From an uncultured virus (IMG/VR IMGVR_UViG_3300008261_000010) (Duplodnaviria > Heunggongvirae > Uroviricota > Caudoviricetes), in IMG/VR virus record IMGVR_UViG_3300008261_000010: 20,000 bases of DNA; one strand, written 5' to 3'. Position 1 is the first letter of the stretch. Each line of letters begins with the position of its first letter. The notes below the pieces were generated by a model, which saw nothing but the letters and a program-made list of their open reading frames with translations, ran no database searches and was not told the origin of the DNA. The position numbers were made by a program, and so were the translations under genes. Shown piece after piece: positions 7,111-15,698 of this stretch.

Positions 7111-7166
7111 CCTAGGAGGCACATTGAGTGCCCTCTCGCACACTTGTCACTCGGACATTTCATCCC

Positions 7167-8309
7167 ATGTGGATTGACAATGACTTTCCGAAGCTGCTAG
7201 GTGCCGAGCTTTATCGCCCCCATCCCTCGTACATCGTGGAGATGGCGGTCGAGCCCGTGGTTGTGCACGATTTCGCCAAGCAACCCGGCCAGACTGTTCA
7301 GCTTGATCGCTACCGCTTCTGGGGTGCCCCTGGCACTAAGGACAGCCGTGAGCGCACTGCTGATCAAACTCTCGGCACTGCATCTTCGCGCTCGATCGTG
7401 AAGGACAAGGTGCTGGTGACTCTCAAGGAGTACACCGGCCCCGCTGACCCGACCGATACCTCCGCCCCCTCCACCTTCAAGGTGGCCCGGGAAACCCTGC
7501 TGACTGCTCAGCGCCTGCTGCTGGACACCGGCAACCTGAATGTCTTCCACCAGTCGATCGGTTCTCTGACCCTGCTGGATGACTACCGTCGTTGGCGCGA
7601 TCGCGTTTTCGCCGACGAGCTGTTCAAAGCTGAAGCCAACGGCGCAGCTGACAGCACCAAGGGTGGTTACTTCTACCCCCTGAAGAAGGCCAAGGCAACC
7701 TCTGCCCCCTTCCTCACCTACGCAGCCGGCGAATCCGCCAAGTTCGATGTCAAGACCGACCTCCTCGAGGTGGTCAAGGACATGCGCAAGCGGAACGTCC
7801 CCACCTTTGCTGACGGCTACTACCGTTGCATTGCGGATCCCACCGCAATGATGCACCTGCGCCAGAACGATGCGTTCCGTGAGATCGCTCGTTACGCAGG
7901 CAACGGCATGGTCAACCCCATGCAGCCCGAACTGGCCCCTAACGCCAGCTTCTTCCGTGGCATGGGCCCTGCCTACGGTCAGGCCGGCTTCGTTGCTGGT
8001 CAGCCCGTAATGCCTTCTGGCTTCCTGTTTGAGGGTGTGCGTTGGTTCGAAAGCACCAACCTGCCCGAGAAGAGCCTTCAGGTGACCATCACTGACGCTT
8101 CCATCAGCAGCGCAGTGACCACCGCTGCTCCGATGCTGTTCTTCGGCCCTCAAGCCGTGGGCGTTGGCATTGGCGGCAATAACGCTCAGATCCTGCTGAA
8201 CAACAACGACGACTTCAGTCGTTTCATCATCATGATCTGGTCGCTCTTCGCCGGTTTCGAAATCCTGAACAAGGACTTCGTGACTGTGGCCTACTCGTTC
8301 GTGTACTGA
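7167..8309 (+). CDS. Major capsid protein
   Basis: 380 aa from ATG 7167 (MWIDNDFPKLLGAELYRPHP). HK97-fold-like layout: DF.KQPGQTVQL E-loop start, V.VTLKEY, LLDDY..WRD spine helix, YRCIADP...HLR, G.LFEGVRWFES, C-terminal DDF.RF...WS.FAGF..LN. Strongly biased codon usage; tandem TGA TAG stop. Confidence 0.85.
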   Translation: MWIDNDFPKLLGAELYRPHPSYIVEMAVEPVVVHDFAKQPGQTVQLDRYRFWGAPGTKDSRERTADQTLGTASSRSIVKDKVLVTLKEYTGPADPTDTSAPSTFKVARETLLTAQRLLLDTGNLNVFHQSIGSLTLLDDYRRWRDRVFADELFKAEANGAADSTKGGYFYPLKKAKATSAPFLTYAAGESAKFDVKTDLLEVVKDMRKRNVPTFADGYYRCIADPTAMMHLRQNDAFREIARYAGNGMVNPMQPELAPNASFFRGMGPAYGQAGFVAGQPVMPSGFLFEGVRWFESTNLPEKSLQVTITDASISSAVTTAAPMLFFGPQAVGVGIGGNNAQILLNNNDDFSRFIIMIWSLFAGFEILNKDFVTVAYSFVY

Positions 8310-8325
8310 TAGGAGGTAACGAACA

Positions 8326-8964
8326 ATGGCTAAGAAGATCTATCCCGGTAACTACGTCAACCGCCTGAGCTCCTACCAGGGCCAGCCTGCGGTGTGCGTA
8401 CCTGGCCGCGTGTACTACCACATCACTGGCTATGCCCTGGTGAACGCCACCGGCGGCACCAGCTTCGATGTGATCATCCCCTCGCCTGATAAGCGTGGCG
8501 ATGACAAGCCCCGTGCTGATATCACCGGCCTGACCCTGCCTGCCGGCGCCAACGTCTATTACCTGGGCGTTCGTGTTCCCGACCTGCGCAAGGATCGCGG
8601 TGTGGGCACTGCTTTCTCTGGTCTGGTCGGTACCAACACCGATCGCATCAAGTTAGCTGACGCCCTGGCCAACGACAACGTGCTGACTGCCACCACGCTG
8701 TCGACCAATAGCGCCACCATCGCTGTAGCCAGCACCACTGTGGCTCCTGTAGCTGCAAGCAAGTCAGTGATCACTCCCGTGGCACTGACTGGCGCCGAGA
8801 CCCTGAAGGTCTACGTGACCAACAGCACCGGCACCGCTGCTGGTTCGACTCTGACCTCCAGCCTGACTGGCGGCACCCCCATCATCTGCGAGGTGGCTTA
8901 CTACCTCGACGATGCTGTGGCTGAGCTGAACGATGTGAGCATCCCCTACATCACTGAGTCCTGA
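8326..8964 (+). CDS. Capsid-associated (decoration/minor capsid) protein
   Basis: Strong GGAGGT Shine-Dalgarno, same highly-expressed codon bias as the capsid gene, Thr/Ala/Val-rich, followed by a terminator. Confidence 0.6.
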   Translation: MAKKIYPGNYVNRLSSYQGQPAVCVPGRVYYHITGYALVNATGGTSFDVIIPSPDKRGDDKPRADITGLTLPAGANVYYLGVRVPDLRKDRGVGTAFSGLVGTNTDRIKLADALANDNVLTATTLSTNSATIAVASTTVAPVAASKSVITPVALTGAETLKVYVTNSTGTAAGSTLTSSLTGGTPIICEVAYYLDDAVAELNDVSIPYITES

Positions 8965-8989
8965 ACTCTGTGAACTGAGGGTTTGTCCC

Positions 8990-8995
8990 TACAAT
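8990..8995 (+). promoter_or_regulatory. Putative -10 element TACAAT abutting the terminator
   Basis: CCTACAATG immediately before the terminator stem. Confidence 0.5.
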
Positions 8996-8996
8996 G

Positions 8997-9027
8997 AGGG
9001 CGTCTGTTTGATCAGGCGCCCTTTTTT
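8997..9027 (+). terminator. Rho-independent terminator after the capsid operon
   Basis: GGGCGTCTG-tttgat-CAGGCGCCC stem (one G-U pair) followed by TTTTTT. Confidence 0.85.
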
Positions 9028-9038
9028 GTTTGTGCGTT

Positions 9039-9470
9039 ATGGCGCTATACCAGAACACCAAGAACGGCCAGATCGTTGAGTTCATCGCTCACCACGACAA
9101 GGACTGGGCGATGATCCGCAATTCGGCTGGCGCGGTGCAGTATCTGGCCCTGGCTGATCTTGTGGCTTACGAGCCCGGCAAGGGTCGGGTGGGCGACGGA
9201 CCGAAGCCCCAATCCGCCGAGAGCCCTGCCGATGAGGATGCGATCCCGGAGAGCACCATCCCTGTGGATACCCGCCTGAATATCAACACAGCCTCGGCTG
9301 AGGCGATTGCCAAGGTCGTGAAAGGTATCGGCTACAGCACTGCCAAGAAAATTGTCGAGCTGCGCCTTAGCCTCTCTGGTGAACGCTTCAGCAATCTCGA
9401 TCAGCTCAAGCGGATTGGCCGCGTTGACTGGGATGAGGTGATCGCTGCCGATCTGATCTACGTCGGCTGA
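9039..9470 (+). CDS. Helix-hairpin-helix (ComEA-like) DNA-binding domain protein
   Basis: C-terminal RLNINTASAEAI...VKGIG.STAKKIVELR...F.NLDQL..I is the ComEA/HHH_3 signature; small beta-rich N-terminal domain. Confidence 0.8.
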   Translation: MALYQNTKNGQIVEFIAHHDKDWAMIRNSAGAVQYLALADLVAYEPGKGRVGDGPKPQSAESPADEDAIPESTIPVDTRLNINTASAEAIAKVVKGIGYSTAKKIVELRLSLSGERFSNLDQLKRIGRVDWDEVIAADLIYVG

Positions 9471-9476
9471 GAATCT

Positions 9477-9482
9477 TAGAAT
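9477..9482 (+). promoter_or_regulatory. Putative -10 element TAGAAT
   Basis: CTTAGAATCG directly after the HhH gene stop. Confidence 0.55.
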
Positions 9483-9506
9483 CGGTCAAGATCGGCGGTC
9501 AGTCCA

Positions 9507-9992
9507 ATCGAACTAAACGATTACGACAAAAGCCGTTGTCGCTTCCACCTGGGCATCAACGTCGGCGCGAATATCCCCGCCGGTGATGTAGCCCGCTTGG
9601 AGGAAGCGATGGCTCGCATACCCGACAGCTATTTCTATAGCCGGGTCATCGAGCACCTGGATCGCTGCGACAAGGCGTACCGGATTTCCCAGATCTTCCG
9701 CGTTGAGGACCAGCCTCAACCGAGCCGGATTGAACGGATTACTGGTGATACCGATCGTGCGATCTACCAGTCCGATCCGCTGAAGGCGGCTAAGGATTAC
9801 CGGGAGGTCTACCTGCGGGAGGTGGATCTTCTGGCTGAAACCCTCTATGTGGCGAACTACCGCCGAGAAGAGGTCCGCCGTTACGCCTTCGAGCGTGCTG
9901 GCGTGGAATTCATCATGGCCATCCCGGGGCCAGCAGATACAGCCGTTGGCACGCGCGTGATGCAGGCCACGGGTTCCATGAACTGGAGGTAA
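9507..9992 (+). CDS. Putative head-tail connector/virion protein, probable non-canonical ATC start
   Basis: Frame is open from 9480. ATC-GAA-CTA-AAC-GAT-TAC-GAC-AAA gives (I/M)ELNDYDKSRCRFHLG, upstream of the ORF-track TTG at 9597. GGCGG at 9494-9498. Function inferred from position and helical character. Confidence 0.55.
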   Translation: MELNDYDKSRCRFHLGINVGANIPAGDVARLEEAMARIPDSYFYSRVIEHLDRCDKAYRISQIFRVEDQPQPSRIERITGDTDRAIYQSDPLKAAKDYREVYLREVDLLAETLYVANYRREEVRRYAFERAGVEFIMAIPGPADTAVGTRVMQATGSMNWR

Positions 9993-9995
9993 GCG

Positions 9996-11237
9996 GTGGG
10001 CTACAGCCTTGCAGACGGACGATACGTCGACGATCAGGGAAAGACCTGGAAGAACTACAACGATGCGGCAGCGGCATCAGCTACTCGCAAGGCTAGGTCG
10101 GAGACCGAGTTCGAACTGGGACGGCAGCAGCAATATCGCCTGAATGCCACGAACAAGCTGCAGCAGGGCCAACTCAGCAAACAGTTTTTCGGTTGGGTCC
10201 CTGGTCTGGGCGCCGCCATCGACCGGGGCATGGAAGCAGATGCGCGAGCCAAAGCGGAGGCCGAAGACGCGATGCGGGCGCTAACGGGGCAGGTCCGTAT
10301 CTACAAGGCGCGCATGGGTGAAGGCTCTATGCCTCCCACCCGCGATCTGAGCAACGGCAATGAAGAGCCCGGCGGAACAGAGCCGCCTAAGTTGCCCTCT
10401 GTGCTGAGCGACGACGCCGATGCTCGAGCATCTGAGGCTCGGCGCATGCTTCAGCAGGCAACGCCTTACTGGGAGCGGGAAGAGAATCAAGGCATTCGCA
10501 CCGCAGCAGCCGTCGGTGGTGGACCCCGTGCTGGCGAGGCCGGCTACGCCCAACGCGCCGACATCCAAGCCTGGATGGAGGCCAACAAGAACGCCCCGAA
10601 AGGAGCTGACGGCAAGAACATTGTCGATCGCTTCCTCGAGCAACAGCAGAAACGCGGTCTCCTGGATGCCCCCAGTCAGGGCGGCCCTGGCTTTGGTGGC
10701 GAGCGGATCGCGATGCCCGTGGACTCCGAAAGTGCTGTACAGGCAGGGATCCGTGGGCTGGTCGGCTCCGGCACTAGTAGCACGCTCGAGCTGGCGCAGG
10801 CGGATGTCTCTGAACGGCAGAGTCGCGCCCGCGCTGCGTACACTCATCAAATCTTCCAAGCGGCAGCCGAGGGCAGGCTCCCGGAGATCGGCCAAAAGCT
10901 TCAGGTTCCTGAGAACATTGACATCGCGTTCCAGCGCCCTACTGGACTCCCCGGCGCCGCTGAAGCATTTACGGGCCTCGAGGTGGGCCAGCCGTTCACC
11001 AATCCGGAGATGAACCGGCAGCTGGCTGCTCTGGGGCAACCCGCTGCCGTTCAAGCCGTGGCGACGGGGACCGGAAGCGGCATCAACTTGCAGCCCTCGA
11101 GCGCTGCGGCCAGCGAGGCCGGCGTCGAGCCAGCGCAACCGGACGCCCCGGGCAATAAGCCCAACCCCGCCGATGACTTAGCCCGGCGGTATATCGATAC
11201 CTTGCGCACAACTCGCGCAGCACGCCTTGGTGCTTGA
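9996..11237 (+). CDS. Hypothetical protein (413 aa), possible internal virion/ejection protein
   Basis: GTG start with GGAGGT Shine-Dalgarno; Ala/Gln/Gly-rich with no recognisable domain. Confidence 0.65.
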   Translation: MGYSLADGRYVDDQGKTWKNYNDAAAASATRKARSETEFELGRQQQYRLNATNKLQQGQLSKQFFGWVPGLGAAIDRGMEADARAKAEAEDAMRALTGQVRIYKARMGEGSMPPTRDLSNGNEEPGGTEPPKLPSVLSDDADARASEARRMLQQATPYWEREENQGIRTAAAVGGGPRAGEAGYAQRADIQAWMEANKNAPKGADGKNIVDRFLEQQQKRGLLDAPSQGGPGFGGERIAMPVDSESAVQAGIRGLVGSGTSSTLELAQADVSERQSRARAAYTHQIFQAAAEGRLPEIGQKLQVPENIDIAFQRPTGLPGAAEAFTGLEVGQPFTNPEMNRQLAALGQPAAVQAVATGTGSGINLQPSSAAASEAGVEPAQPDAPGNKPNPADDLARRYIDTLRTTRAARLGA

Positions 11238-11240
11238 ACC

Positions 11241-11744
11241 ATGAACAGCCGCCACCCACAAAGCAAGCACAACGCAGGTCCCGTTCGCGGTGAGACGCCG
11301 CAGGAGGGACGCTGGTACGAGGACCGTGCCCTGGGGCAGGAGATCAATCGGGATTTCACGGCGGCATCCGGCATGGTACCGACCAACCCGAATAACTACT
11401 TTGCGGCAAAGGCTCGCCCTTCTGAATTCAAATACGACGCCATTGCAGATGGACTCACAACCTATGCGAGTCCTTATGGAGACGGACGCCAATTCGTACG
11501 GCAAGAAGAGCCGCTGCTGACAACGCCTGGCCCAGCAGCGCAGATGGTTGCAGCTTCTGAACCCGCAAAGGGCGCAACAGACCAGCCAAGAACCCCGGGT
11601 TACGGGTTTGGCGTGGGCAGTCGGCTCAGCCAGATTGATACGGCAATGCAGCAGTCGCCTCTTGCACCTACGCAACCGCTAGGCATGTCGACGGGGGTCT
11701 CTCTCGGCGGCGCACCGCAGCGCAATGTGCCTAAGCCTGGCTGA
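11241..11744 (+). CDS. Hypothetical protein (167 aa)
   Basis: ATG 3 nt after the upstream stop; Pro/Gly-rich. Confidence 0.65.
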   Translation: MNSRHPQSKHNAGPVRGETPQEGRWYEDRALGQEINRDFTAASGMVPTNPNNYFAAKARPSEFKYDAIADGLTTYASPYGDGRQFVRQEEPLLTTPGPAAQMVAASEPAKGATDQPRTPGYGFGVGSRLSQIDTAMQQSPLAPTQPLGMSTGVSLGGAPQRNVPKPG

Positions 11745-11754
11745 GCACCATCGT

Positions 11755-11760
11755 TAGACT
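11755..11760 (+). promoter_or_regulatory. Putative -10 element TAGACT
   Basis: CGTTAGACT in the intergenic gap. Confidence 0.55.
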
Positions 11761-11804
11761 GCATTGAAGATCTTGCAGTTTGGCTAACGCCACGGGGGTA
11801 GGGA

Positions 11805-12344
11805 TTGGCGACGTCTAGCTCGAACAAAATGCCCTTGCTGGTCGATCGGCCGTTGCATTCGTTTGCGACGATCGGCGGCACTGCGGCATTGACAAGCGCC
11901 ACCAATTTCAACACTCCAAGTGGAGCTGGCTGCGCACTGCTGGTGGATTGCAGCGGCAACGACGGTGCAGTGATTGATTCGCTTTCTGTGGTGATCACAG
12001 AAGCGTCAACGACCACTAGCACGGTGCTGGTCTTCCTAAGCACGGCAGCGACAACGGCCACGATCTCAGCGCTAAATACAGCTGTGGTTGCCAGCGCTGC
12101 TATTCCCGGCGGTAATACCGCAGGTCAGCGCGTCAATATCTCGCTGCCGCCCTTGTCGGTGCCGGTGCCCAACCTGGGCTCCCCTGCGGCGACGATGGCA
12201 ACCTATCCGACTGAGACCGACAAGAAAAACACCGGCCTCTATGTCCCTTCGACTGCGCTGGTGTATGTCGGCTTGAGCGCTGCTATCTCGGCGCCAAGCA
12301 CGGCGACACGTATTCATGTCTTCGCTCAGGGCGGGTTCTTCTGA
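11805..12344 (+). CDS. Putative virion structural protein (179 aa)
   Basis: TTG start after a G-rich leader; Thr/Ser/Ala/Val-rich beta-type sequence ending ...HVFAQGGFF. Confidence 0.65.
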   Translation: MATSSSNKMPLLVDRPLHSFATIGGTAALTSATNFNTPSGAGCALLVDCSGNDGAVIDSLSVVITEASTTTSTVLVFLSTAATTATISALNTAVVASAAIPGGNTAGQRVNISLPPLSVPVPNLGSPAATMATYPTETDKKNTGLYVPSTALVYVGLSAAISAPSTATRIHVFAQGGFF

Positions 12345-12353
12345 TCTAGCGTC

Positions 12354-13379
12354 ATGGCCAAGGACGACACGCAAAAGAAGCAAGAACAGAAAGCGCGCGA
12401 AAAGGCACGCGAGCTCATACGGGAGGCAGGTAGCAACCTAAGCGCCAAGGAAGCTCAGCGCATCGAGCGGAAGACTGATATACCGATCCAGCAGGTTCTC
12501 AAGATTGCTGAACGGCAGGACGTCAACGTGCCGCAGCGCGTTGAAAATAAAGTTCAATCCATTGTCGAGCAGAGATCGACTCAGAGCAATAGCAGTACAA
12601 ATACCGCTACGGAGACAAACGCCACCAATAATGGCAACACGCCTACCGGTGGAGGTGCTACTCCTGGGCCAACCAATGAGCTGACTCAGTTCAAAGGTGC
12701 GGGCGGCGGTTTTGGTATTACGTCGTACCAGGCTGCTGTTGCTGCTGGCTACTCGCCCTCTGAAATCCTGCGCCTGCTGCCGGGCTCGGGCTTGAATGTC
12801 GGCGAGAAGGCACGCACCCAGCTGGATCAGGATTGGAAAGCAATCACTGACAAGGCCACCAGCGCTGGGACCTACGCCGATCTCGCAGACCGGTATAGGG
12901 TTGATGCGGAAGACTACAAGAGCAAGCTATCTGATTACAGCTCGACATTTAATAATCTGAGCAATCAGTACAGCGACGCGCTCGCCAAGCAGCAAAGCTC
13001 TGCAGCCCAAGCAGAAGCCGAGAAGAAGCGCGCTGACGAGCTCGAGAAGCAGCGCAAGGATGAGCAAGAGATCCAAGTCAGCCAACAGCTGAGTAGCCTG
13101 CGAGGCGGTTACACCGCGAGCGGCGGCGGCAGCACGGGGCTTGGCAGCCTGTCCTCTGGCAGCACGACACGCTCGATCTCGACCGGAGCCCGCAGCGGTG
13201 GGGTCCTGGACCGGGCCTACCAGGATATTGATCCAACCGACAGTGTGCTGAACCGCGACGTGGCAGCGGGCGTGGCGAGGCAGGCGCGCAATCCGTCAGG
13301 GGCACGAGCGCAAGCGCGTCAACGTGCCCTCGCTGGCGGCGCTTCGGCTGGGCAGTATTACTCGCGGCGCTTTGGCTAA
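12354..13379 (+). CDS. Hypothetical coiled-coil protein (341 aa), possible internal virion protein
   Basis: Charged helical N-terminus, central coiled coil, Gly/Ser-rich C-terminus; TAATG coupling to the next gene. Confidence 0.65.
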   Translation: MAKDDTQKKQEQKAREKARELIREAGSNLSAKEAQRIERKTDIPIQQVLKIAERQDVNVPQRVENKVQSIVEQRSTQSNSSTNTATETNATNNGNTPTGGGATPGPTNELTQFKGAGGGFGITSYQAAVAAGYSPSEILRLLPGSGLNVGEKARTQLDQDWKAITDKATSAGTYADLADRYRVDAEDYKSKLSDYSSTFNNLSNQYSDALAKQQSSAAQAEAEKKRADELEKQRKDEQEIQVSQQLSSLRGGYTASGGGSTGLGSLSSGSTTRSISTGARSGGVLDRAYQDIDPTDSVLNRDVAAGVARQARNPSGARAQARQRALAGGASAGQYYSRRFG

Positions 13380-14788
13380 TGCCCCGGCGGATTGGCGCCA
13401 AGTTCGACCGCGGCATGGGGCTATCGTCCGTCAACCGGGCGGCGAAGCGTAAAGCTGACGGCATCTATCCAGGCAAGGGAGCTGGGCTAGGCGAGTACGG
13501 CAGCACGGCCTATCCAACGATTCTCGAGGCGTATAACCGAGAGAGCGACTACAAGCGCTGGCGACTGGGGCAGGAGTACTTCTTTGGGACGGGGCGCAGC
13601 TGGGGCGACTACCAGATCTACAGCTTGGCGCGCTTTGTCACGGGCGCTGTGGACGGCACCTCAAAAGAAGTGACGACACTGTTCCCGAGCGCCACCTCGC
13701 CAGAGAAGGCTTGGTATGCGAGCTGCCGGACGCGGGGCTCGATCATCTTGCCGCAGCCGATCACGGCAGCGCGCATTAGCCTGAATACCAGCGGTGATGA
13801 TCCCAGCACGCACACACTGACGCTTGATGTCAGCGGCATTCTCAGTAGTGCGCAGCTGGGTGTTTTCACGATCTTCATCGGCGACCAGTTCGAAGACTCC
13901 GCCAGCGGAGCCAGCTACCCGGGCGATCTAGTGGAGCGCGATGTTGGCAGCGTTGCTTTGACCCTCACAGCTGTCAATGTCGGGGGCGGGACGATGACGT
14001 TCGACCTCTCAAGGCCGGCTGGGCGCATCGAGCGCAATGGCCGCGTGTACTGGGACAACTTGCCCTACGACCCGAGTAATCCAACGATCTGGCGGGACGA
14101 CGACAGCCGGCATCTTTGTTCTTCGTTCAAGTTTTTCTGTTGCTGTCCCGACCACCTGGGCGGCGCGCTAGCGAACCTGGAGCGACCTCAGGGCGGGCAG
14201 CCCAGGGATCTGTTTCCGCTGCCGAACGCAGCGCGGAATGTCAACTCCGCCTGGGAGAGGCAAGGCGTGGGGTATTACCGGCAGTGGCGCACGCTGCCCC
14301 GCCGGCGAGATGAGCGGCGTGAGTGCAAGCACATTCATTCGATCCGCTGGCAGTGCGGGGTGCCATGGCTGGAGCCTGACGACTACCCGGTGGGTGATGA
14401 GCGCGACTTCTTGGAGTTTGAGGCGGACGCAGAAAGGCGTTACTCGCCGGAAGAGATCATGGATTATTTCCGCCTGCGTCAGGTGAACTGGGATCGCTTT
14501 GCGATGACCGTTGCCGATGTCGTGGGGATCATCCTGTTCCCTGGCGGCGATCCGAGGGACGCGATTCGCCCTGACGCCAGGCCGTTGCTATGGAATGACG
14601 GGCAGGAGCCGCTTGATATTTGGTGCCGGCAAAACGACTGGTGGCTAGAGCGGGGGACGCAGACACTCAGAATCTTTAATGCTGCGACCCAATCATTTGA
14701 GAATGGCGTAACGATTGGCGCATCGACGTTCCCGGTTCTTGAGTTTGTGGAAGAAGGATCAGCCGGAGCTCCGGTGATCGTTCCATAG
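13379..14788 (+). CDS. Hypothetical protein with split SWIM-like Zn-finger motif (469 aa)
   Basis: FFCCCPDH ... RRECKHIHSI fits CxC-xn-CxH with a long spacer. Confidence 0.65.
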   Translation: MPRRIGAKFDRGMGLSSVNRAAKRKADGIYPGKGAGLGEYGSTAYPTILEAYNRESDYKRWRLGQEYFFGTGRSWGDYQIYSLARFVTGAVDGTSKEVTTLFPSATSPEKAWYASCRTRGSIILPQPITAARISLNTSGDDPSTHTLTLDVSGILSSAQLGVFTIFIGDQFEDSASGASYPGDLVERDVGSVALTLTAVNVGGGTMTFDLSRPAGRIERNGRVYWDNLPYDPSNPTIWRDDDSRHLCSSFKFFCCCPDHLGGALANLERPQGGQPRDLFPLPNAARNVNSAWERQGVGYYRQWRTLPRRRDERRECKHIHSIRWQCGVPWLEPDDYPVGDERDFLEFEADAERRYSPEEIMDYFRLRQVNWDRFAMTVADVVGIILFPGGDPRDAIRPDARPLLWNDGQEPLDIWCRQNDWWLERGTQTLRIFNAATQSFENGVTIGASTFPVLEFVEEGSAGAPVIVP

Positions 14789-14796
14789 GCGGTTTC

Positions 14797-14802
14797 TAGA
14801 AT
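14797..14802 (+). promoter_or_regulatory. Putative -10 element TAGAAT
   Basis: TCTAGAATCA, 20 nt before ATG 14823. Confidence 0.55.
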
Positions 14803-14822
14803 CAACGAAAAAGCCGAGATAA

Positions 14823-15638
14823 ATGGCCGCCAATACAGATCCACAACGCCGGCCGCTCTTTGTTGACCGCGTCAATCAGCGGCTCTTAGCGGATCCAGCG
14901 ATCGGTGGCTCTCCCTGGCCGGTGGTCACGATTACTCCTGGGATGTTCGCAGACATTGCAGGAAATACGGTGATTGGCCGCTACGGCAGCACCGGCAGCC
15001 CATCTGCGCTTAACGCAGATGTTGTGATTGATCTTGTTAACACGGCCACAACCCAGGTCATCGACGCCGCTCGCGTTGCCGCAGCAAGCACAACCCAGGC
15101 TGGCGTCGTCCAACTCGACAGCTCCACGAGCAGCACGAGTCAATCGACCGCCGCAACGTCGAGCGCCGTCAAGGCGGCCTACGACTTAGCGAACACCGCA
15201 AGCTCGACCGCAAACGCCGCGCTGCCCGTGGCGGGCGGAACGATGAGCGGCCTGATTGCGTTCGCCGCTGGCCAGACCATTGCTGGGTACGCACCGCTGA
15301 ACGCAGCGCAAAGTTTCACGGCGGGTCAGCGCGGCGCCGTTGTTGCGCTAACTCCAGGAGCCTCTGTGACACCTGACTTTGCTTTGGGCAATAACTTCAG
15401 CCTGGCGCTGGACCAGGGGACGACCCTTGAGAATCCAAGCAACATGGTTGCTGGGCAGTCCGGTGTGATCGCCGTGACCCAGGATTCAACAGGGCGGGCG
15501 GTTGCCTATGGCAGTTACTGGAAGTTTAATGGCGGCGCGCCAAGCCTGGATACGACGCCCAGCAGTGTTTCCGTCCTGGCGTATTACGTGGAATCGGCAA
15601 CTCGGATTACAGCGACTCTGATTCAGAACTCGGTCTAG
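14823..15638 (+). CDS. Tail fibre protein with phage tail-fibre repeat and C-terminal adaptor-like domain
   Basis: ASTTQAGVVQL.SSTSSTS...AAT.SAVKAAYDLA is the Phage_fiber_2-type repeat, followed by ALP.AGGTMSG. The C-terminal ~110 aa are paralogous to 16898..17275. Confidence 0.8.
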   Translation: MAANTDPQRRPLFVDRVNQRLLADPAIGGSPWPVVTITPGMFADIAGNTVIGRYGSTGSPSALNADVVIDLVNTATTQVIDAARVAAASTTQAGVVQLDSSTSSTSQSTAATSSAVKAAYDLANTASSTANAALPVAGGTMSGLIAFAAGQTIAGYAPLNAAQSFTAGQRGAVVALTPGASVTPDFALGNNFSLALDQGTTLENPSNMVAGQSGVIAVTQDSTGRAVAYGSYWKFNGGAPSLDTTPSSVSVLAYYVESATRITATLIQNSV

Positions 15639-15645
15639 GCCAAAC

Positions 15646-15672
15646 AAGAGCGTTATACAGCGCTCTTAGAAT
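15646..15672 (+). promoter_or_regulatory. Hairpin AAGAGCGTT-atac-AGCGCTCTT overlapping a TAGAAT -10 element (15667-15672)
   Basis: 9-bp stem (one G-U pair) whose last base is the first T of TAGAAT. Confidence 0.5.
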
Positions 15673-15698
15673 GAGTCGATAGGGAAGCAGCGGTACCA

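Noticed and set aside
5075..7604. HIP1 octamer GCGATCGC at 5075, 5081 and 7597
   Set aside because: Only a few copies noticed, compatible with chance at this GC content; not used as host evidence.
7197..8153. 318-aa antisense ORF over the capsid gene, plus similar shadows (1442..2035, 10281..11138, 3075..3635)
   Set aside because: Expected antisense shadows of GC3-biased genes; no recognisable motifs or translation signals.
11805..14880. Shared N-terminal PL(L/F)VDR motif in the 11805 and 14823 proteins
   Set aside because: Only six residues with no further similarity seen; could be chance.
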